Assembly (NCBI GenBank): GCA_951406725.2
Contig: OX597816.1
Location: 43,710,001 to 43,774,000 of the forward strand
Source: Octopus vulgaris
Taxonomy: Eukaryota
Length of the DNA: 64,000 bases
Direction: 5' to 3'
The notes under the pieces were generated by a model. The model was not told where the DNA came from. It saw only the letters and a list, made by a program, of their open reading frames with translations, and did not search any database. The position numbers and the translations under genes are program-made. The stretch's first letter is position 1. Every line of letters begins with the position of its first letter. Below, one piece after another: positions 52,346-64,000 of the stretch.

Positions 52346-53603
52346 TATGTATACCTTTACTATACGTGTATATGTGTGTATGTGTGTGTGTGTGTGATAA
52401 ATCGCTGCTGCTTATGAAACTTTTTATTTATTTTCATTTGCTTAGTTACTTTACTGTACCTATGTCCTCCTATCAACTCTTCTTTCCGTCTATATTTCAC
52501 TCTTTTTCATTCATATTTCGTTTTTCGTTTCTTTATTCCTTTGTGTCATTGATTTGCTTCCATATTTAAAAAAAAAAATGGTTCCTTCTCCGTTAGTTTT
52601 GTTTTTTAATTCAATATTACGTATTTTTGTTATCCATTTCTCTTGCCGACATCGGTGCTGTTGTTACTTGTTATTATTGTCGTATGAAAATGTAAGCAGC
52701 CATTGAATATAGTTTTTTTCGTCTTGTACTTGCTGTCTCTATCGATATGAAATACATTAAATTGACAATTGATATATATGCATCCAGCGTGTTGCAGCTG
52801 CCTGTTGTTGATTTATTCTGCAATGCAATTTTTCACTGATATTAACATAATGTTAAGATTTTACTTCATTCAATTCCTCCCTTGTAATCATCATACAAAT
52901 TTTACGTTTCCTTTAATTCTTATTTCTTTTTTCTTCATGTTACAATTCTTCATCGGCTATTTATATATTTATGTGTTAAAGCATTGTCCATTCCATTTTG
53001 TTTGTGTGTCGCTCTATCTATAAATTCGTTTTTCAATATGTCTTCCCATCTTGAAAACGACAAAATCGTTTTTGAGAAAGATTTGGATGTTGCTTCTACC
53101 AGACTGAGCGGCAACATAGATATGTTCCTACGTTGATTTACTGTTAAACTCTACATTTATTGGTAGTCTGGGGCTTTGACATTAGTAGTATTACTGATAT
53201 ATGTTGTTGTTGATACAGGAGGGCCTGTTTTGTCTTTCGAGGACCCCCACCCGCTATCCAAGATGTCCTTAAACACCACGGGAAAGTGCTCTTTCCAGTT
53301 CCTTTCTCCAACTTACTGCCATCCATTCTTGCCATTTTTCCCACTTGCATCCATTTTCAATAAATTCGCTTGGGATAGCCCCTCACTCTCCCCTTGAAAA
53401 AGGCGGTCCTCATGACTTTCAGCCTCGACCACCCGACAAACTTATTCAGAATAACCAACGGGCAAAGAATGATGGACTTATCTCCCAGTTAAAGGAAAAT
53501 GTCGTGCATAACGGTTTTGTCATTCTACACATGTCTTGGACAAGTCCGCTAAACGTTTTGCCCTGTGAGGCAATGATTGTACCAGCTCGCTGCCTGAAAA
53601 TAG

Positions 53604-53654
<51 letters not shown>

Positions 53655-53659
53655 TAATA

Positions 53660-53885
53660 GATGGGTTACTTAACCAGAAGAAAATTCTAACTGTGCTCCA
53701 CCTGCAAGGTCATGTGCTGTTTATCTCGATATGAGATCACCATGTCGCGCACATATGGTTGTGTTGCATGTGCCTGGTGTATCCTTATCAGACGGGTAGT
53801 CATGATGGGTATACTGGGCTTCATATATTTTACCCTAGTGTCACTTTGATGGCACGCACTGCTCTCTCACTTAATAATAATAATG
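53660..53885 (+). mobile_element. 3' part of a retroposon with (TAA)n tail inserted in a (TAA)n tract
   Basis: GC-richer unique block flanked by (TAA)n, ending GCACTGCTCTCTCACTTAATAATAA. Confidence 0.5.
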
Positions 53886-53889
53886 ATAA

Positions 53890-54292
53890 CTATGATTTCA
53901 AATTTTGGCACAAGGTCAGATATTTTGGAGGAGGTGTTAAGTCGGTTACATCGACCGCAAAGTTTTCCTGATACTTGTTTTATCGATCCCTAATTGATGA
54001 AATACGAAGTAGGCTCCGCCAGAATTTCAAAACAGAACGTAGAAATGGATGAGATGCCGCTAAGCATCTTTCTGGCATGTTTAATGATGATGATGATTAT
54101 TTCTACAAAAGGCACAAGGCTTGAAATGTTCGGTGAGGTGTAAATAGATTATATCGACCCCAGGACTCAACTGGTACTTAATTTATCAACCCCGAAAGGA
54201 TGAAAGGCGAAGTTGACCTCAGCAAAATTTGAACTCAGACGGTAGAAATGGACGAAATGCCGCTAAGAATCTTGCCGGCGTGCTTAAAATAG

Positions 54293-54326
<34 letters not shown>

Positions 54327-54327
54327 T

Positions 54328-54363
<36 letters not shown>

Positions 54364-54364
54364 T

Positions 54365-54397
<33 letters not shown>

Positions 54398-54620
54398 TTA
54401 TAATAATAATAATAATAATTTATAATAATAATAATAATAATAATAATTTATAATAATAATAATTTATAATAATAATAATAATGGTGGTGGTGGTGGTGGT
54501 GGTGGGTTGTTGTTGTTGTTGTTGTTTCAAACTTTGGCACAAAACCAATGATTCGAAGGAGAAATAGTTAATTGATTTCATCGAGCCCAGTACCTGAGAA
54601 GTACTTGATTTCATCACCTT
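53890..54620 (-). mobile_element. Three SINE family A copies interleaved with (TAA)n/(TGG)n/(TGT)n repeats
   Basis: A consensus blocks at about 53890-54080, 54095-54290 and 54525-54620. Confidence 0.8.
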
Positions 54621-55959
54621 CAGTATTCAATAAATACAGCAAACATTTTTATGCTGTCTAAGACTGACTATTTGGTAAGATTTTAAATATATGACATAAT
54701 TTAACATAGTCCAATATTAATCCGTTTGTGAATAAATACTAGGCTTTTTCTATAGAATCCGAATTATATCGAGCTACAAATTTTAAATAGTCTTTTATGA
54801 ATTTTATCATTTTGCCGCAGATGGAAGCTCGAAATATGATGTCTTTCACCTAATGAACTAATAATGGATTAAAAGATTTTAGAATCTTAAAAAAAAACTT
54901 ATGGTTGTATTTTCTTGTGTTATCTCTACTGAGTGTTTGGGGATTTGTATATCATCTGTATTGTTATTTTTGAACATGCAAAAATATATATACACCATAC
55001 ATACACTGACGCGCACACACTCAGAAACTCACGCACGCCCACACACATATAGGTAGATAGATAGATAGATAGATAATACATAGATATGATTATATATACC
55101 TTTTTCACGTTTATATATTTGTTTTGCAAGATGCTTGATGTGAAATCGTGTGTTGAAACAGATATTGTTGTATTTAGGGATGGTCATGATGCCAGTTTAG
55201 CCAATATATATATATATATGCAACATACACTAGCATATGTACACTCACAGATGTGCTGGCACATGCACACTAGAAAGAAAGAGAGAGAGAGAGATTTGTT
55301 TTACCGGTGGTGATCTTTTACTAGTCTGTGAAATCTATTTTACACGGTTATAATTTTACTACATTCATCCGTTTTACTTCAATATTATGTAATTCATCCA
55401 TTATATTTGTGGAATTCATTTATTTTATGATTTCCCAGTTATTTAAATAATAACATTAAAATGAGAAACATCAGATAGAATCTTTCTTTTCAATTTCAGC
55501 TATCCATTAAGCTATTCGTTGTTTATGGATGCAGATTCTAAGCATTGAAACATTTGCTTTTGAACAAGCAATATCGATAATGTTGAAATTATAGTGAATA
55601 CTATCTAATGTACATGTTTTGCAGTTTACTGTATGCCTTATCGTCAGAAGGACAGATGAATTATATTATGTGCGAGACATATGCACCTAAGTCTCGGATA
55701 CACATTCGACTCGTTTCGAAGTCAATTGCATAATTTGAAAGATGGTTGTTTTACTTGTAAATCCTAATTTAATGATTTAGCAACGACGGAAATTAATACG
55801 GAAAAGAAACAGAAATTTTTTTTAAAAAGTCAAAGCATTACTAAGATGGATACATATTATAATACACAATAGTTTTAATGAATGTAAAACAAAGTTGAAT
55901 TGGGGATTTAATGAAAATAATATAAAACAATAATAGGAACGTTTAAGAATGTGAAACCA

Positions 55960-56470
55960 CCGATGCAGCTGTGTGGTAAGAAGCGTGCTTTTTAAGCACA
56001 TGACTGCAGGTTCAGTTCCCTTACATGTCACCTTGGGCAAGTATCTTCTACAGCAGCCCCGGGCCAACCGAGGCTTAGTGAGTGGAATTGGTCGAAGAAA
56101 ACAAAAGAAAGTCCAACACATATGTAATTGTACGTATGTATGTACGTATGTATGTACGTATGTATGTACGTATGTATGTACGTACGTATGTATGTACGTA
56201 TGTATGTATGTATGTATGTATGTATGTATGTATGTATGTATGTATGTATGTATGTATGTATGTATGTATGTATGTGTGTGTTTAGCCCTCACCTCTACTT
56301 TACAACCAGTTTTGGTTTGGGTACCTCTTTGTAACTTACCGGTACGGCAAAAGAAACCAATAGAATTCGTGCCAGGATTAAAACACAAAGTACTGGGGTC
56401 GATTTGTTCGATTAAACCCCTTCAAAGCGGTATGACCGCAGTCAAATGACTGAACCAGGTTGAGAAGAAA
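55960..56470 (+). mobile_element. Diverged SINE family B with an expanded (GTAT)n
   Basis: GCTGTGTGGTAAG...CCTTGGGCAAG...GCAGTCAAATGACTGAA. Confidence 0.8.
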
Positions 56471-56945
56471 AAGAGACCATTATTACATTCAACTTTCAAT
56501 TATAATAAGTAACTTAAATATATTTGTGTATAGCAATACTTGAAAATACATATGCAATTAGGCGAAAAGAAAACGTTGCTCCAAGTGATTTTTGAGATCC
56601 AGATCAGATTTGACTGCAGTATTTATTTCCTATCTACATATAGGACTACATTTATGAGGGCATACGTATATATAACTTCTAACTAATATAAAATCCTTTC
56701 TACTAATATGAATTAATGTTGCTCTCACTAGGAAACAAATGCATTTGGGGCAGGGGCACTCTTTCGTAACACATAATTCCTGATGTGTTTTACTTTCCAT
56801 AAAGTAAAACCATAGGAAATTGAAAGCAACCTGTTGTGTGTGTGTGTGTCTCCGACCACCACTTGACAACCAGTTGTTGATATGTTCATTTTCTCATAAC
56901 ATAGCAGAACAGCAAAAGAATCCAACAGAATAAGTACCAGTCTTT

Positions 56946-57792
56946 CATGGGAGCCAGTCAAGTGGCACTGGCAATGACCATGTTCAAATGGTACTTTTTA
57001 CGTGTCACTGGCATGGGAACCAGTCAGGTGGCACTGGCAACGACCATGCCCGAATGGTGCATTTTATGTGCAACCGGCATGGGACTCAGTCAGGCGGCAC
57101 TGGCATCGGCCACGGCAATGATTTCACTTGACTCAACAGGTCTTCTCAAGCACAGTTTATTGCCCAATGATTGAAGGGTGCTCTTAAATGGACTGGTTAT
57201 GCTACACTGGCATTGCTGGGTCTTCTCAAGCACAGCATATCTCCAAAGGTCTCGGTTGCTCATCATCGCCTCCGTGAGGCCCAATGTTTGAAGATTGTGC
57301 TTCACCACCTCATCCCAGGTCTTCCTAGGTCTGCCTCTTCTACAGGTTTCCTCCACTGCTAGGGTGTGACACTTCTTCACACTGCTGTCCTCATCCATAT
57401 GCAACACATAACCATACCAGTGCAGTCGTCTCTCTTGCACACCACATCTGATGCTTCTTACGTCCAACTTTTTTCTCGGTGCGCTTACACTCTGTCGTGT
57501 ATGCACACTGACATTACACATCCAGTGGAGCATACTAGCTTCATTTCTTGCAAGCTTGTACATGTCCTCAGCAGTTACTGTCCATGTTTCACTGCTGTCT
57601 AGCATGGCTGTTTGCACACATGCGTCATACAATCTACTTTTCACTCTGAGAAAGAGACACTTTGTTACCTGCAGAGGTAGGAGCTCTCTGAATTTTGCCC
57701 TAGCTATTCTTATTCTAGCAGCTACACTCTCAGAGCAACCACCCCTGCTACTGTCTTGGTCTCCTAAGTAATGGAAGCTATCAACTACTTCT
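56946..57792 (-). mobile_element. RTE-clade LINE 3' fragment with 66-bp tandem repeats in the 3' UTR
   Basis: KSRLYDACVQTAMLDSSETW...RRLHWYGYVLHMDE...RRGRPRKTW; repeat units start at 56946, 57012, 57078. Confidence 0.9.
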
Positions 57793-57890
57793 GTGAAACC
57801 ATAGGAATTAACGTCAACAAAATAAAATATACGTTGATTAACGAATGACTATTTATGACTTATGAATAGTATGGTTATAATTTGGTAGTG

Positions 57891-57931
<41 letters not shown>

Positions 57932-58962
57932 TTGTTTCTTATCACATACACACTTATATGCACACACACAAACACACACTCATATATATATATATGGAAA
58001 GTCGAAACAATTTGATTCTTCTCAGTACTCCAAATTACACGTTCGCCATTACTAATTCGACTTGGTATGCAAATGAAGACTAGACTTTATTGTATATTTG
58101 TGGTAATGGCTACGTGGTTTTGAAGTTAAATGATTGAGGCAAAGTTTGTATTTCTTGCTATGAATAGCATATATTTTGGGAAACTTTAATGATAACCTTC
58201 TGCGGACACGTGGTTGTATAGGTGTTAGAAGGAAAACAAAAAGATAGTATGACATTAGCGTATTGTGGAAAGTATGTGAAATGAAGCAATTCAAATTGAA
58301 AATCGAAATTTACTACGGCTCTGCAATACTTTTCCATAAAAAAAAGATAAGTTGTTTTAGTATTTTCTTTACACATGCGTGCATCTTCAGAATTTTTAAG
58401 AGGAAGAAAATTGGAAATTACTATATTCAAGAAATAAAATATATTTGCGATTTAGTAAATGATAAATGTTGAGCTGGTTTTTTTTACTTTTCAAACTTAT
58501 ATCAATATACCTTGAGGAAGCGATGCTGCGTGCCACGGGAAAGGAAAGAAAGCAATAGGAAGAGAAGAAAAGAGGGATGGGGGTTAGAGAGAGCCACGAA
58601 GAGGAAATCGAGCGCCTATATTTATGTGTGGTGTATATGATACGACCATGAATTTCAGCAAAAATAATTTCTTTAATGTCTATCTTTTACAAACTCTAAA
58701 ACAGCCAGACTCAAATTATACCTACTAAAGTAATGCTAAGAAAGAACTTGGATAATGAAATGTTGGTACACTTGAACCATTATGTACTTAGTATATCGAT
58801 TATTCTAATATGGGTCTTTTGTTTATGCCGTAACCTCTCTCCAAGACACTTTCCCCGCGGTAAAGTGGCTTGTTGGTTAGAGCCAAATCTGATAAGAAGA
58901 AAGTGTGGACAAATAGTGAAAATGTAACGAAGACACGACTAAAATGTATTTAGAGTCTAACA

Positions 58963-59224
58963 CGAGGGGTGCCAAACTTTCTCAAGCTGCTGACCCCTTG
59001 GCACTTACGCCATTTTCCAAGCGTTACCTACCACTCACCTTCACAAACACAGACCGCTTTCTGCAGAAAATTCAATGCAACTATTTCACAAATTAAACAT
59101 AACCTAACTAACCTACTATTTTGTCGCTTTTACATCCATCGCCACCCTATTATCCTCCACATTTCTTCAACGCCCCCCATCACCACCATCTGGAATTTTG
59201 CACTCGTCACCTTGGGAACTAATG
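58963..59224. mobile_element. hAT/Charlie-like MITE
   Basis: Ends CGAGGGGTGCCAAACTTT / CTTGGGAACTAATG; imperfect 8-bp TSD GTCTAACA / GCCTAACC. Confidence 0.5.
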
Positions 59225-60867
59225 GCCTAACCCATGCAGGAAATAAGCAGGAATGCTTATCTGATCGCAGTACTTTGATGAACAATAGCGACATCTGCTA
59301 TTTCTGTTCTATAATCTTTTTGTAAATGCTATCAAAATATTCGTTACTTGCCTAACATTTGGATGTTTAACCTTAATTATTCATATATCTTGCTTAACAG
59401 AAAACAATTCCTTCCAAAGTGTAGAATTTATTGACTATATATATATGTGGCGTTTAATGTAGTGTTCGTACTTGACCGTGCAACTGTGTGTTTTTGAGTT
59501 TGTACATAATTAAGTGTACGTTCGTGCGGGGCGTCTACTACTATAGTATAATATATATGTAGTATATATGTAGTATATATGTAGTATATATATATATGAA
59601 TGGATTATTGTATGTTACGTTACCTTGAAAATTGTTGCGTAAGGCGTTTGGTGGTATGCCCTAAATACAGAAATTTAAAGTAATATTTTACTTTTGTTTT
59701 CTTTTTTTAATTTTCTTTCTGCCGGCTTCAGCTAACAAGTTCTTAATAAATTTTTCAATGCATTTATTTTTCTAACTATGTATCTACCTACCTACCTATC
59801 TACCTACCTATCAGTTTATCTATCTTTGTAACTACCGATCTATCTATGTATCATCAAATGTGAATTCGAAGCAGATCAAGGTATACAGGCAATATTGTGT
59901 GTGTGTGTATAAATATAAACACAGTTTATCTGTTTGTGTATTAAAGAAATTCAGATCATTCTCAAATAGACCGTTATAATTATTGTCAATGAATTAAGTA
60001 TAAAGTGCTAACATAGACTCTGATATTTCAACATGAACTTAGAAAGCAAGGTAGAACACCAAGTTAAATAGAATTATAGTCTGACATTATCTCTGTCTCC
60101 AGCCATGGTATGATATAAAATTCCTTAGACTTCTATTCAACGATTTCATTGTTATTGGGACACATTTTCAGCTACATTGCATGAAGTCTCCAGCCGTAAT
60201 TTCTCTTTACTCTGCACCTCTATTCTCTGTGCTATCTTACTGCGTTTTTGCTGTGAAATAGGAGTCTTCTATTTGCCTCATTATTCTCTTTCTTTTTTTC
60301 ATCTTTCCTTCTTTCTTGTTCCTCTTCTCGTTTTCCATCCCTCCTCACTGTATTTGTCTCCTACTCTCTTGTTCTCTCAAAGCAGCAATGGTTATCTTTC
60401 TTTATCGCCCTGTCTTTCTCTCCATATAATACTCCAGCCGTCAACTTCACGTTATACATTACAATACAAACAATGAGAGAAGCGGTACATCGCATATACA
60501 ACAGGTATTTAATATTTTAAATAAATAGAAAATAAACTGTCTGGCTATAGTACTTTTATTCAATCTTTTGACGGTACTTATACGGCTTCGTTTATTCATT
60601 ATATTACAACACATACGACTAAACCGTCAACTTATTTCTAAATATCTTTGGATGCAAGACTAATTAGAAATTTTGTGTGACAAGATTTGTATGCAGAAGT
60701 GACATTATAGCTGGGCGACAGAATTATTATCTCAGATTCATAATAATTCCTTTTGGTTTATTAAATTTTTCCTTGGTATGCAGAAGTGATTTTCCTGGTG
60801 TACTATAAATATATAACACTCAATATACATTGTAAATTATGTTCTATTGATTTAGTTATTCTACTCA

Positions 60868-60948
<81 letters not shown>

Positions 60949-61040
60949 CCTATATAGCTATCTATCTATCTACCTATATAGCTATCTATCTACCTACCTA
61001 TATAGCTATCTATCTCTCTACCTATGTAGCCATCTATCTA
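60868..61040. repeat. (TCTA)n plus a 24-bp minisatellite
   Basis: ACCTATATAGCTATCTATCTATCT repeated about 4 times. Confidence 0.9.
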
Positions 61041-61069
61041 TCTATGTATACATCCATCAATCCATCCCT

Positions 61070-61792
<723 letters not shown>

Positions 61793-61939
61793 ATAAAATA
61801 TATACATACATATTTCTAGAAATGCTGTTCTAAAACCCTCGAATAAGTCCAGGGGTCGATTTGTTCGACTAAAGGTGGTACCCGAGCATGACCACAGTCA
61901 AATGAGTGAAACAAGTAAAATAATAAAATAATATATATA

Positions 61940-62136
61940 CATGGGGTTGCTGAAAGTCTGGGTTAATTCTGATCTTATTTTTCAATATATCAACATATTC
62001 TTCTCTCAGATTTACAAAACCTATTGCAGTTGTTCTTCACATTTTCTTATAAGCCTTGTAAAAGAACTCGGAAGATCGAGCCTCCGACCACGCCTTTCGC
62101 GATGCGCTGGAAGCTAAGGAACTTTTCACTATCCCT
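61940..62136 (-). mobile_element. Mariner-derived MITE
   Basis: Imperfect TIRs GGGGTTGCTGAAAGTCTGGGTT / AAGCTAAGGAACTTTTCACTATCCC; homologous to 12031-12148. Confidence 0.55.
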
Positions 62137-62137
62137 T

Positions 62138-62198
<61 letters not shown>

Positions 62199-62564
62199 AT
62201 AAAGCCATGTGCCAGGTTGTATCCGTTTGTTCTCATGTTTCACATCCCTGTATACTTTTGATTTCATTTACAAAATAAGGCTACTCTTGCTAATGTATTC
62301 TCGACACCTGCGTATTAAATGTAATGTTTTATTTCGCTTACATGTTGACACTGATTACTGTCACTATCTCACACACACATTAATTTATTGTACTGATGTA
62401 TCTAGATTTGTATGTAACGTTCATCATTCACAGAAGCAACCATAACAGGGGACTTAGTCAAGGGCCAAATAAATATATATACATGCATATATATCCATAT
62501 TTATCTATCCATCTTTCTATCTATCTATCTATTTATCTATCTTTCTATCTAACTATCAATATAT

Positions 62565-62610
<46 letters not shown>

Positions 62611-62629
62611 AGTAGATATAGATATATTA

Positions 62630-62703
<74 letters not shown>

Positions 62704-63099
62704 ATGAAAATGTTTTACTGAATAAAATGACCCCTGTTACAAACATACTTCTGTCCTGAGCACTGGATGACAAGGTTCAGCATTACATTAAAAGCTTATC
62801 ATCAGATACTACAATTATTCTAGTTAAACAAGGCCTCTGTTTATGTTACTGAGTGAAACTATGTTGAAAAGTTAAGTTATCTATTCATTGGTAAAACGTT
62901 GAATGTAGAATGGCGTCTTTATCTTTTGAAAAATTTAGATAGATAGGAGAAGATGCTTTTAGCGAACGCCTGTGTGGTCGTGGGGTGATTTTGAATATTG
63001 GACCCCTTGTCTGATAAACTACAGGCATACCATCAACTTCTTTCATGGTAAATAATATATAATCCTAATCACACACATGCTCCTATGCATATGCGTTGC

Positions 63100-63129
<30 letters not shown>

Positions 63130-63130
<1 letters not shown>

Positions 63131-63300
63131 TAAGCGCAGGAGCTGCTGTGTGGTAAGGAGCTTGCTTCGCAACGACATGGTTCCGGTTTCACTTCCACTG
63201 CATGGGACCTTGGGCAAGTGGAGCCTCTGGCCACGAATTGACCAAAGCCTTCAGAATAGATCTGGTTGACAGAAGCCTTCTATATGTATGTGTTTGTGCG
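63130..63300 (+). mobile_element. SINE family B head fragment
   Basis: GCGCAGGAGCTGCTGTGTGGTAAG...CCTTGGGCAAGTG. Confidence 0.75.
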
Positions 63301-64000
63301 TTTGTGTGTAGGAGAGAGAGACAGAGAGGGAGAGGGAGAGAGGATATGTATCTCATATATATATGTCGGCTGTCTATCTACTCTTCATTTTGAGTATAGA
63401 ACTACAATATGAGTGTTCAAAGACAGATACTCCCATAAGTACCAAATTAAAATTTGATATATTTATGGTGGGTCAATGTTGGTAACAGAATCAAGTCAGC
63501 GGAGAAATACAAGGAAAGCGAACGAAAACAAACATGGAGGGACGTTAACCCAGAACAAGGGTAAAATATCGAAAGCTGGAAGAATATTTTCACTAAGAAG
63601 AGAAAAGATAGGTTAGAGAGATAGATACGTCTAGTTCTAAGGACGGTCCAGAAAGAAGCGAACGACGATCAAGTGAGGAAAAGAAAGATGGAAGATGGTC
63701 GCGTGTGAGATACGAGAGACAGAAAATAAGAAAGAAAGTGAGTGAGAGAGACAGACAAAAAAACGGTGAAGGGGGGAAAAAGTGAATTAGAGAATAGGTC
63801 GTGAGTGAAAGCGATGTGTGAGAAAAGAGTATAGGACAGGGTCGCATCAAAATGATAAAGACGAACTTATTTGGGGATGATGCGTCGCGTTCAATCAAAT
63901 GAGGAGTAGATGGCCGACAACTAATGAAGGGTTGTTCTCGGTGTTACTTGGGTTTTCCATTTGTTTCTCTCGTTATTTGTGAATTGAACTCATTTATTTT

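Noticed and set aside
53160-53600. GC-richer block as a possible host exon (likewise 27660-27930)
   Set aside because: No recognisable protein motif or convincing splice-bounded frame.
56946-57115. CRISPR-like repeats
   Set aside because: 66-bp tandem units with no unique spacers, inside an RTE LINE 3' UTR.

Overview
AT-rich, repeat-saturated eukaryotic DNA that appears intergenic or intronic. The SINE families and microsatellite load suggest a coleoid cephalopod, probably Octopus (inference). I found no convincing host exon, true tRNA/rRNA gene or CRISPR array, and most ORFs in the track are microsatellite or SINE read-throughs. The window holds dozens of tRNA-derived SINEs (labelled A-D here), fragments of RTE, CR1-like and R4/Dong-like LINEs, a mariner fragment, hAT and mariner MITEs and a non-autonomous Helitron. 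It also holds a young 5'-truncated Penelope-like element (PLE; RT thumb plus GIY-YIG). The most notable signal is a set of type I hammerhead ribozyme (HHR) motifs. One lies in the PLE 3' terminal region. Others lie in short, mutually unrelated non-coding inserts, most of them inside or abutting (TA)n microsatellites. Several have non-canonical cores (CCGAAGA; UUGAAAA with U3-A8 covariation) and unusually long helix II. All folds were read by eye, and boundaries of degenerate repeats are approximate.
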